Positions 13,071 through 30,743 of a stretch of 47,884 nt of DNA are shown here, piece by piece. Location of the stretch: assembly GCA_050230475.1 (NCBI GenBank), contig JBFLGF010000217.1, positions 1 through 47,884 on the forward strand. Direction: 5' to 3'. A program made the translations under genes and the position numbers. The DNA comes from Ancylonema sp. Lineage: Eukaryota. Below the pieces are notes generated by a model. That model ran no database searches, was not told the DNA's origin, and was given only the letters and a program-made list of their open reading frames with translations. The number at the start of each line of letters is the position of its first letter. Positions within the stretch are counted from its first letter, which is position 1.

Positions 13071-13280
13071 AATTGCGAACAATACACCATATCAATGTTA
13101 GATCGATAATGTAAGTCAACATTATAGAATCAACATGAGTAGCCTAAAAGGTCTGTGAGGAGTTGATAAAGCATGTCACATTGTCTGTGTTGAGATGTGC
13201 TGTGGAGCATACGCCTAGACAGAAGCAGAATCACTAGAAACGCATCGGTTACGAGATGACTCAGAATCTCCCGTTTATTT

Positions 13281-13331
13281 TTTGGCGTGTCCTTTTCGCG
13301 GGTTTCACGTTTTTTGGCGCCCGGGTTTCAC
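13281..13331 (+). promoter_or_regulatory. Cluster of E2F-like sites upstream of MSH5
   Basis: TTTCGCGG (13294-13301) and TTTGGCGC (13313-13320) fit TTTSSCGS. There is also TTTGGCGT at 13281 and a duplicated CGGGTTTCAC, all ~120-165 bp before the ATG. Confidence 0.45.
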
Positions 13332-13446
13332 CCTGTCAGCTATCCCGTGCTGACCTTCTGCAAGAAGCTTGCTCGTATTCAGTCAGCCCGATTGTCACCT
13401 TCAAGGAAGAGGATTCCTGCATGCCTGACATTGCATAATCATCGAC

Positions 13447-16400
13447 ATGGCATCCAGCGCTGGCGCGACCTTGTCCGAGGATGGCAATCAGGTTTTTTAT
13501 TTCAGTTTCTTCAGCTAAACATGCACGTTGCATTTTTTGTTCAACGCTTTCGAGCAATTTTAATCTGTCTGTACTTCGAATGAATTATAACTGAAATGAA
13601 TATGCCATTCTGCCACTCATGCGTGTACTAATCCTTGTTTTCTTGCATGTGCATGTGCAGGTATACCTCGCCTGTATAATGCAAGGACAGAAGTAAGTCA
13701 CTTCTATAGATGGAGAGCGTGTCATTGTTCCCATTATACAAGCCCACATTGTCGTTGCTGACGATACTTTCTTGAAATAAAGGATATTCCGGACAAGTGC
13801 AAGCTCATATGCAAGCAGAACTCAAGAAAATTTATTGGCACATCCAATTACAGGTTAGGTGTCGCTTACTATGATGCGAGTGCCGGTCATCTGTACGGAC
13901 TGGAAGCATGTGAAGTTGCGTTGGGTAACGAGTTTCCGTGTCTCCAGTTGTGTAAGTTGATCTGAAATATTTCGGGACGGACCACTGACTTCACGAACGA
14001 CGAGTTTGCGTAGTTCATTACTTGTTACTGCATCGATACATTATTGGGACTCTGTACGTCATTAGAACTCGTCATCAGAACCTCCATGTCTTTTGACCAG
14101 CTGTTTCATTGCTTGTTTTATTTCTTCAGTGAAATTCCAAGTGGAGCCAACTGTCATTTACGGCAGCAACAGGGCTGATGAGCAATTTCTGACCGCTCTC
14201 CAAGCTCCTGGTTCATGCCCGACCTCTCTTTAAAGTCTATCCCAAAGCGATCCATCATTCACTTTGTGATGTACATCGTTTCGCCGTTTTGTTGTGACTC
14301 GCAGTCTACGAGGATGGCCAGGAGTTTGAAGTGAAATTGGTCAAGAATTCTACGTTCAGCTACGAACTGGCTAAGCATCGGTGAGCTGCTTTCACACAAG
14401 CAGTCTGTGTGTGTTTGTGTCCTTGAATTTTCTGAATTCTTCAAGCACTTCGTCAAGAAAGGCTCCCCTGCTGTCTTTCAAATTTGTACATTGAATTCAT
14501 GTTGACGTTTTCATTTGTTATTTTTCAGACTGGCTTTTGTGACGTGGTCCAACATGCCAGAGGATTTGACCGACAAGCAACGCATGCAGATGGTATGAAA
14601 CACTACCCTCACACTTAGCAATCTGCTGCTGAAGTGTCACTTTGAGTAGATACTGATCATTGTGGGTCTGGACAGTTGATGTCTATGATCAACTTCGATA
14701 ACAGTGTACAAGTCCGTGCCATGGGAGCTCTTTTATCCATTCTACAGCAGGAAATGATTCTTGACAACTCACCCGATGGCGATGACGATGGGAGTTTGAC
14801 ACCTCTCCAGATTGGGGAGATTTCTCAGCTTTCCATGTACTAAGTGGACCAAGCAAACTGTTTCTATCAAGAGTTTCTCATTTCTCAAATTTGATTGCAC
14901 TCGAATTTGTGGCAAAACGGAGGCTGGCACCAGAGATTGCCTTGGGTCTCACCATTCAATACACTTTGCAGGGATGGATACTTGACCCTGGATGCTACAA
15001 CCTACGATGCCCTCCAGATATTCCAGACAGAAAAACATCCAAGCTCGATGGGGATCGGAAATTCCAAAGAAGGGTACAACACTTTTGCGAAGCCTCATAC
15101 ATAATTTTTTGTTTGCGATTGCATATAGCATCGCCACATCATATCATTTACAGACTTCAACAGTGGATCCTCTGACATCTACCTTTCTATGTTGATTGTC
15201 CTGCAGTTTCTCTGTGTTTGGCATCATGAACAAGGTATGGACCATTTCTACAAGTTTTGCTCCTCGATCTCAGTGCCGTTATCATGTGTTTGTCTGACTG
15301 CACCTTCTGTGAGAGACTCGGCAGTGAACCATATACAGACAAGCAACCAGCATGATTAGGAGTTTGTAGACAAAAATACTATGGTGTTATCCTTCTGTAA
15401 CACATACAAGTATTTCATTTGGCAGTGCGTTACGCAAGCTGGCCGTCGCATGTTGAGGTAAGAAGCTGCGACACCTTCGGCTGTCACAAGTATTCTGAAC
15501 AATCGACATTCTTAGGAACATTGCCATCAATTGAACCTTTTTTTGTGTGATTGGCAGGCTTTGGTTTCTGCGGCCGATCGTCAGCCTGGAGATGATACAA
15601 GATCGTTACTCGACCGTATCCTGCTTCCCATTTTCAATTACTGCGTCGATAGTCCTTGTACATTCATATCGATCAAATCGATGTTTGTATACCTTGACCA
15701 GCACAACTTTCAGATTGAATACTTGAAGGAACTTCCCGACCTGATGAGACAACTCCAAGCAATTCTGGGACATGTCAAGGACGTCCCAAAGCTATTGCAT
15801 GTAAGCTGCTTTTAAGCATATTGGAGGCCACAAACTTTTTATATTCTTTTGCTGCTGACCAGTTTATGTTGCCGCAATGTTTTAGTGACCGTCGCCTTGC
15901 TGAACAATGTTCGTTGTCTTACATTCCCTTTTTACAGAAGCTAGGTTCTGCAAACCTCCTTTTTACCAAGAAGGACTGGCAGCAGCTTCAGGAGGTGAGT
16001 CCACAAATACAAAGAAGCTGCAACGTTTCCATACCATCTGGTTTCCCCATACACACACCTTTTCCATGAAAGAGAGTTTTCTGATGGGCTCCCTCTGTTC
16101 CCAGAGTCTTGTAAATCTTCTCCACATCCGCGAGCTGTGCCACATGGCGGTCGGCCAGCAGGAGGAGTACTCGAATCTGACACAACTCAACGTCATTCAG
16201 AAGGTATCTTGTTGTGCCCATTGCCACATTTATTTATTTGCCTCCTTCTTTTGAAATGCCACTATGTTATGCGCTGGCAACTCTAGCAACTCTAAATGCA
16301 GTACACTTGAGGTGCAGTTGCCCAAACTCCCCATTCTGCAGCCTAATTGATCTCTTTAATGCCATTCCTTGCTCTCCTGCAGGTGTTTGAGAGCATCAAC

Positions 16401-19400
16401 GAGGACATCAAATATGTCGCAGAACTGGTATGGCTCTTGTTTGTGCAACTGTACTAAATGCAGCAGACATCTCGTCAAGTGCCACAGAGTCTTGGGTGCA
16501 TAGAAGGTTGACTTACTTAATCGGATATCAATCGCCATTTCCAAGTAGATCTGCTATTCAACAACAGGAAACCTCCATCTTTGATTGAATGAAGCTGTGT
16601 GTCACTCTCATGATACAGATCACTAGAGTCCTGGACTTCGACCAGACCTGTGGTGAAACCAAGGAGACTCTCGTGGCTCTTGGCATCTGTGAAGAGGTAC
16701 AACAGCAATCTCATTCAAACGCAACAGTCGTGACACTTTGCTGATGTCCTGGACGGGGTTTGCGTGTGAGTGATTGATGTAAGGGATGCTATGTTTTCGG
16801 TACATGTTAAAATACTCAATTCAAGTCCTTCTGAATCTGCTGGTGGGCACAGCTGGACGAACTCAAGCATCTGTACGAGGGCTTGCCAGACTTCCTGCAA
16901 AAGGTCAGGCGTTGTTTCCTCATGCTGAGCTGTGAATGACATGCTTATGAATTTAAAGAACAGGAAGACCTAAACTAGGAAGCATCTCAGACGCAGATGA
17001 AAATGTTCGAATCATGTCTCATAAATAATGTTTTCTTAAAAGGAAAAACTAAATGCTTCTTCAGGCACAAGCTCAGGAATTGAACGAGTGATTGTGCAGG
17101 TGGCAGCGGCTGAAATAGATCAGTGGCCCGACAATGTCAGCAGGCTCTGCAAAGAGCGGAGTGCCACCATCGAATACATACCTCAAGTTGGTACGTATAT
17201 ACAAAGATATCTTTGAGATATTGGCTTCCTTTTTTCCCCCCTTCTTTTGTGTTCTGAACCTGTGTGAGTTGTACAGGATTCCTCCTCCGATTGGAAGGAG
17301 TCCGAGATCTGTTTCACAACCTTGAAGGCCAACCAGGTGTAGAGTTTTCAGTGAGTCCACCAATAATTGACCGTTTATATGAGATGATCATTGCGCAAAC
17401 AGGAAAGCTGTAAGCCCCCTTGGAAAATGTATGTCTGTATCACAGTCTAGTGCTACTCCTATACAAACGAGCAAGATGTTTGCAACACTGTTGCTTGAGA
17501 AGCGAGAAGGCAGATATGGAATGGAATAGATCAAGTGTTAACAGGGACCTGGACTCGGTCGCTTTATGCATGATCAGAACAAGGCCTTCTTCTCCCCCGC
17601 CAGTATAGATGGTGCTCTCATAATGATTGGAGATGTCATATACATACACTCATATGTTGTGCTTTTGGTGCAGTTCGAAGGCAACGACGTGCAAGGGCAC
17701 GGAACATTTTTCCACTCCCCAAAAACAAGGGAGCTGGACGAGGTCCTGGGCGACATCCTACACAAGATCATAGGTACATAAACACAGAGAACATGTCAAT
17801 CCAGATGAAGCTATCGTGAAGTCAGTATCTTTTCGTCAACGTGTGATATCATATGGCATTGAATCCTATGGCCTTAGAAACGAGACATATTACATAAGTG
17901 AGAGATGCAATCATGACTCGAAGCATCGGTGTGATGATTGCAGATATGGAGAGCGCTGTGATTCAAGACCTGGAGGACAGAATACTGCGCTACACTCCCA
18001 GCCTACAGAGAGCTGCCACGGCAGCTTCTGAGATAGACTGGTCAGTCATAAGATCTTTTCTGCGACCTCATCATCCTACACCATACTATAGTGTGCGCTT
18101 GAGCCTTTGATTCTCATTCATAGTGTTTGAAGGCAAAGGCAAAGACAAAGGCAAGAAACTGCATTGCAGTCTTTCACCTTACTTGACATCTCCAGATCTG
18201 CCTGATGATCTTACATGGGCATGCGCCTATGCTGATTGCTCAAATTTTTCCCTAACAGCATATGTTGTTTTTGCCTTCATCACGTGTACATTCCAGAGCA
18301 CAAATCTCTCATCCTTTACAGACCAAGATTCCATGAAATCATCAATAAAAAACAAGTCACAAACTCAGTTTCGAGTGCCCTCCTCTTTATACTGAAATCT
18401 TTTTCCTATTCTGTATTTTCTGTTGATAATTTTGCATGTGCAGCTTGGTGAGTCTGGCTCGCTGCGCAAGGGAGTACCGGTACAAGCGACCGACGTTGAC
18501 GAGATCAAATGTGATAAATATCAAGAATGGCAGGTACATTATTGGATACTTCCATTGCTTGTCTCTCCCGATAGAAATATAACAAGTGAAGTAGCGGCAT
18601 GAAGGTATTTATTCATCTGTTGTTTTCCTATTCTTTCTAAGGTCTCAATGTATGGCAAAAAGAATCAATGTATTTCATAACTCATGGGCTTCAGTTATGA
18701 ACTGAAGTAGGCTGAAATGAGAGACATATCGATACAGATTGGGATCTCAGATTGGCACACCAATAACATTCATAAAAAGGAGCCATATATCGCCTATAAC
18801 ATTCCCACCACTGTTTGGGCATGACCACAACTGTGTTCACTTATCAGAGTAATGAATACTTTCATGCCTCTCGCAGGCAGGATGTATACTTGCATGTGTC
18901 CAACACTGGTCACAAATGTAATCCTTATTGCACTTGAACTTTGGTACAGACACCTATTGCAAGAGATGACAGTGGATACATTTGTGCCCAACAACACCGA
19001 CATCTGCTCAGAGGGTATGCATCAATCTCAAACCTCCCCACACTCATAGACTGGAAACACTCCAGGGTGTTCTCTTTCGGCCATGTGAATCTTCATTGCC
19101 TTATCAATATCACGCCGCTTATCAAAAAGCCTTCGAAGATGTTGCTGCTGATCAACCCCTTGTTTAATCCTCGAAAGAAAGGGTTCCCTGGTGTTTTCTT
19201 ATCCTGTGTCAATACTTAGGTTCTTACCAAAGTATTGATGTGTTATCCAGGCCGTGTATGTGTCATCACGGGGCCCAACTACTCCGGCAAGAGTATCTAC
19301 ATCAAGCAGGTGAGTCAGCACATGACATGTCTTAGCCTGCACTTAAGTACCTTAAGTAAATCCAATCAGTCTTTCCCAGCCATATCATACTCTGCTCCTG

Positions 19401-22020
19401 TCATACACCTTCAAGTGCCACCTGGCGGCTGCATCTCATCACTGAGCCTGTTCCTAGGCTCATTCACACTCACTGCATATTGTCGTGGGCAAGACTTCAG
19501 GCAGCTCAGCTTTTCTGTTGTTGTGTATGGAGGGGACAGGTGGCCATTATCGTATTCCTGGCACACATCGGGTCCTTTGTGCCAGCAGACGAGGCCACCA
19601 TTGGAATCACAGATAGGTATGGTATCACTCTACCTGTTAGCACATAAGTAACGTGAAACGACACACACACACACACATACACATAAGCACACACACACAT
19701 ACACAGACATGCCCAGGCATATATGCATGGGCATGCATGAGCTCTCATATAATCCAAGTGTTTGGTTTTCTATCTCTTCCTAGAGTAAGACCAGATCACG
19801 ACATTTCTCCTCCTCACTTTCCCTTTTCCTTCTCCCCGTTTTCCAAACAGGATTTTCACTCGTGTTGCCAGCCGAGAGAGCACTTCTGCCGCCCAGTCCA
19901 GTTTCATGATCGACTTGAAGCAGATGTCCACCATGCTCAGACACGCCACCCCGCGATCCCTCTGTCTCGTGGATGAGTTCGGGAAGGGAACAGTAACAGC
20001 AGGTAGGCATCGTTGGCATATAAGTTATTCATCAGTCACCTGCTCAGTAGACTTATGTCTGTTGCCTGTATAGACAACAGATACATCCAAATACAGTTGA
20101 GGTAATGGAATGGATGATCCCCTAATTCTCTCTACCATCCATCCATCTTTTTATCATTCCCGTGTCTCTTGGACTGTACAATGCAGTCTTTGTATGCAAA
20201 GAGTAAATAATGGAACTTGGAGTATGGAAGTTGAAACATGGGACACGGAATTGCATTGAGATTGCCAAAGTGCCGATTCTTGAAACCCTTTCCAAACGGT
20301 GCGCACACATGGCTGTCATTTCATGTTCAAAATAAAGACCAGGCAGGCGAAAGGAGTATGCACGATCAACCCTAGCAGCAATGCATCACTGACATATGAT
20401 ATGCACATCTATATATCTATACAAATATATCTTACAGATGAAAGTGTATGTAATTATTGAAATATATCTCTATAATACCCATATCCCCTATCCCAATACC
20501 CCCATCTATAGATGGATTCGGTCTCCTTTCCGCCACGTTGCGCCACGTGGCTTCTCTCCGCGCCCCTCCCAAAGTCCTCCTCTGCACACACTTCTGCGAG
20601 GTCATGAAGTCACCAAACATATCGCAGGTCTCAATCCACAGACCACTCTCCTCATGTTACTGCACCCTTCTCTTCTGGTCTCCCTCTGCTAATAAAACCC
20701 CACTCTATTCTTACTTCTCGGGGGTGATTGGCATAAACACGGCATGAGATGACATAAATTTTGGGAATTTGGGAAAAAAACAACCATGGCACTAGTGTCC
20801 TTGATGCTCTTTATCTAATGTTATGTGGTTGTTTGTCTCGGGGTTTCTTTGTGGGGGGGAGGAAGTGCAGCTGAACCAGATAGCTTTCTACACCATGAGC
20901 GTTTTGGAGCCTAAAGACTTGGCCAGTGTTTCTAAAGACGGTGTAAAGAAGTTGCTGGAGGAGTTGGTGTTCCTGTACAGGTAACGTTCGCTAAACTTCA
21001 TGATTGATTCATGATAAGAACATAAGTCGGCAACACATGATATCCTGGAGATGGCTCTGAGCAAGCTTATAGGAGTCAGTCTCGAATAACTAAAAAAACC
21101 CAAGAATTTCTTGCAGAGCTTGTGCAATAGAGACTACCTTTTAAAGTTTACCAATATGCCAATTCAAATCACCATCAACATACGTTGTGGATGGTGTTTT
21201 TTTCTCAGATTAGTCCCAGGAAAAGCAGTGGAGAGCTATGGGGTGCACTGTGCCCAGCTTGCAGGTAACTCATAGGAGGTCTAATCTACCTAATTCTATG
21301 TTTAACTTCTCCAAAATATCAGTCTATGATTGAAGGGACAACAATTTTAAACCGTTCCCATACCCCACTGCTCAATGAAGGGCTGTGGAGATGCACGTAT
21401 CAGAACCAGTGATATGATTCTTTCAAGTTATGGCTGTGTTTCAATAAAGTGGTACTGTGGCATGAGGTCTGTTTTATCACAGTTGTCCTATTCCTGGTGC
21501 TGTGACTTCGAAATACCAAGTCGAAATTTTTATGCTGCTGCGTCATTTTTCATCAGCAGCAGTGGTTGGAACTCCCCGGTGCTTGTCTAATCGAGCTTAC
21601 CTCTTTTGCGGTCGAGTGAATGTGTGACAGGGTGTGAGTGAGAGCTCATTGGTCTCCTATGCATGTCATGGTTTGCAGGAGTTTCACAGGAGATAGTGAA
21701 CCGGGCACAAGATGCCTGCATCGCTCTGAAGGAAGGAAAGGGGATAGACAGAGTGGAGAGCAGGGGAGTTCATGAAAAGGACAACAAGTTCAAGGTAGGA
21801 TGAAAGTACGAGTCTGGAATGAAGAAGTGACTCCCCTATGATAGGGAATCGATTGCGTAGCATGAGACTCGTTCAATCACATTAAATAGACATGTGAGCT
21901 TGCATTGCGAAATGTTTTTGTAGATCCTAATATAACTTTTAATTGTCACTCGTGTGAAGCCAGGTGTTGGTGGATAAATTGTTGGCCTTTGATTGCGCCA
22001 AGGGCGACGTGCATTCCTAG
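13447..22020 (+). CDS. MSH5: Meiotic MutS homolog 5; about 31 exons
   Basis: Spliced exons give VYLACIMQGQKLGVAYYD, LTLDATTYDALQIFQTEKHPSSMGIGNSKEGFSVFGIMNKCVTQAGRRMLRLWFLRP, Walker A TGPNYSGKSIYIKQVA, LAHIGSFVPA, SSFMIDLKQ, Walker B LVDEFGKGT and SYGVHCAQLAGV. The last exon is 21964-22020 (VLVDKLLAFDCAKGDVHS*). Confidence 0.96.
15616..15713 (+). other. Putative U12-type (minor spliceosome) GT-AG intron in MSH5
   Basis: The donor is GTATCCTG and a branch-like ACCTTGAC lies at 15691-15698, ~15 nt before the AG. Flanking exons join in frame as QDRYST|IEYL. Confidence 0.7.
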
Positions 22021-22638
22021 AAAGCATCTTCGCATGAAAATCATAGTCGTATCATTTGAAGCGTGTCTTTGCTTCTGAAAGTGAAAGACAATGTTTATTA
22101 GTTGTCCCCAATTAGTGGTCGGTGTTTCATTAAATGTGCCTGTTGATGGTCAGCCATCGTTGTTCCAAATTCAATGCCAATCGTGCATTTGAACCATATG
22201 GAAACCCATGTTAGAATGGCTAGATATTTTCATAGGCTTCAAGAATTGTGCGACATGTTGATGTACCCCGTGGGATCTATCATGGCGGATCTCCTGGCAA
22301 GTCACAAACTCAACTATCACCAAATTAGATAATCAAATAACAATCCTCTATGAGGGGGGTGTTTTGGAAGATATGTTTTACACCGGGTGAGGAAGACGAC
22401 GAGCACCATCATGTTCTATGTTCATCATGTGTCATTTCATGCATTTGTTGCATAGGAAGACAGGTATGGTGCCTATCAATTCCAAAAGGAAGTGGCCGCA
22501 ATCGATATAGAAGGCGTCGTCCTTTTAGGGTAAGGATTCGGAGGAATCTTGAGACTCAAATAGTGTTGTCAATTATGAAAGGGCGCTGCATAAGGCCTCT
22601 TGAATATGGCCATTGCCACATTATTGTATTATCATCCT

Positions 22639-23290
22639 CATAGTTGCACGGGGCGGATCCGAGGACCGACCGGGACCCGGTTCCGGGGAAGGGACCGACC
22701 GGGACCTAAAAAAACGCGGGTTTGTGGGACCCGGATCGTTTTTTTTTTTTTAAACCCTAAATGAGGCGAGGCGATTTAAATTATTTTGAGCACACCGACA
22801 CTCTCTATGTCCTATAACATGTGTAAAATTTGGCTTCATTTGATGAAGTGTGACATGCGTACTCTTCAATTGTATGAGGAAATTGGTGCATGTTCATGAC
22901 GTGCCGAGATTGTGCAATAAGTCTTGTTTGACCAAGCAATCGAGCTATTGTGATTGGTTCTTTAGTACCAAACATAATAGATTCTTCGACACCATCTATT
23001 ACATCGCTTAAGATTACGACATGTCAACTCAGGCGGCAAAGTCTGTCTTTTTGGGCGGAAAAACCAAAATTTGGGCCAATTGTTTTTGGGTTCTATACTA
23101 GTTTATAACTCTCAAAATACGCGTCGCATGAAAAATCTGATAACATGGGCAAACAAACCGTGTTCAGGAGGTTAGGAAAACAGCCTCTTTCGAAAATTTT
23201 GGAGTACTTTGACTAAAACCCTAAAAACGAGGAGGACCGCGGGGACCGATCGGGACCGAAATGAAAGAAGTGCAGGACCGGGTAACCATG
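22639..23290. mobile_element. Non-autonomous hAT-type DNA transposon, 652 bp
   Basis: Imperfect TIRs: CATAGTTGCACGG at the left and CCGGGTAACCATG at the right. The 8-bp TSD is ATCATCCT (22631-22638) / ATCGTCCT (23291-23298). Subterminal GGACC/GGACCG motifs cluster at both ends. No transposase. Confidence 0.85.
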
Positions 23291-24150
23291 ATCGTCCTTC
23301 GACTCTTTTTTGCAGCTTCGCACTAGGTATCAATTATAGACACTCGTTACCAAATGCGGAACTCATGGTGGGTACAATCTCGATTTTTCATTTCACTTCG
23401 GGGGTTGTCGAGATGAAGTATGGGCCTCGAGCGCAGGGTGAGCTGATTTTCACCACAAGGCCAAAGGCTAAAGGTTAACTTGGCAGAAAATGTGGGTTGC
23501 TATGAGAGATTATATATCGCTCATCAGCCAACATACGGTGGAATGATTGATGCGAATTGAGATGTCTTAAGATGTCTACCCGAAAATACTCATTATCCAT
23601 ATATCTCCCTAATGTTGCTCTTCCCTTGGTGGCTCATTCCATTGCGGGACTTTGAGAAAGGAATGTTGGACATTTATCAACCGGTGTGAAAGGTACAAGA
23701 TCCATTCAATTGTAGAACCGATTTAAATCTAAGTGACTATTCACTTGTAACTATACAAGAGGGATAAAGCTAACAACTCAGATTTTCCATACAAAATTTT
23801 GTCCAATCCTCCTATTTGCTTTTACATTCGACCTCATCATTGCACATCAACCCCTCATTCTTTGTTCTCTCTCATGCTTTGTCTACTCAATTTATTTATC
23901 AATCAGGCGTTGCGCACAGTCTCACACATCCTCCAACTTTTGAGCGAAATCCAAGCCTTTTCATGTTGATGGTTTGACAACATGTCGAAGTGCACAAAAA
24001 CCCCTCCCTCGTTCCATCCCCAAACAACCAAGCTCCTCTCACGTCTCACAATATGCCACAAAGTTGTGCCTTTTCCCCATATCATTAGATCAACAACAAG
24101 GAACACCATCCACACGTTCGCTTTTCGTTTGCACTTATTTCAAACCGTTT

Positions 24151-30114
<5,964 letters not shown>

Positions 30115-30456
30115 ACTGGTTTAAAAAACCCTATGCTTCAACTTTCTTGAGTGATCAGGCCTGCTGGCCCCGAAGTACGATCCAGTGCCTCCCTAATATC
30201 CGTGTCTACTCGAGAGAGGAAGGCCTCGAATCTGGGAAAGAAAACTGGCGATCATTGCCCACACCCGGACAAAGCTGATCTGGAAGGGGTGTGATGGCAG
30301 GGCGCGCCAAATGTGAAACGGGAATGCCAAAGATGGAGCTAGGCATTTCGAACGAACTGTGCCAGATCAGCATTGACAGCGTGTCAGTTCCAGTCATATG
30401 ATCAATGGAAAAACGTTCAAAATTATTGGACTTCACAGGATTGGTGTATATATCTT

Positions 30457-30504
30457 ACGTGGCAAACCCGCACGTGTGAGGAGGTACAGTGGAGCGGACG
30501 TGGC
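30457..30504. promoter_or_regulatory. Two ABRE-type motifs and a G-box in the SEC23/GRXS17 divergent intergenic region
   Basis: ACGTGGC at 30457-30463 and 30498-30504; CACGTG at 30471-30476. Confidence 0.4.
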
Positions 30505-30743
30505 ACTTCTTCGCACCTCTGACCGCACCTGGCGTTGGGGAAGCCGCCTCCTACTTTCCCGCCCTTGAATAGACGTCTCACGCATGCATGTGTGTCTGAT
30601 GTATGATTGCCTCTGATCACTAAGAAGTACCTTGAGAGGTACCCCATGTTGTAGCGTCCACACGAGACTGCGTGGGTTTGTGCAAATTCAGATTGCCCGT
30701 AGTCGTGGTATTGAAATAGATACAGAATAAAAAGATCAGCACG

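Noticed and set aside
16204..16382. MSH5 intron starting GTATCTT as a second U12 intron
   Set aside because: The donor lacks the CC core and there is no CCTTRAC branch site near the acceptor.
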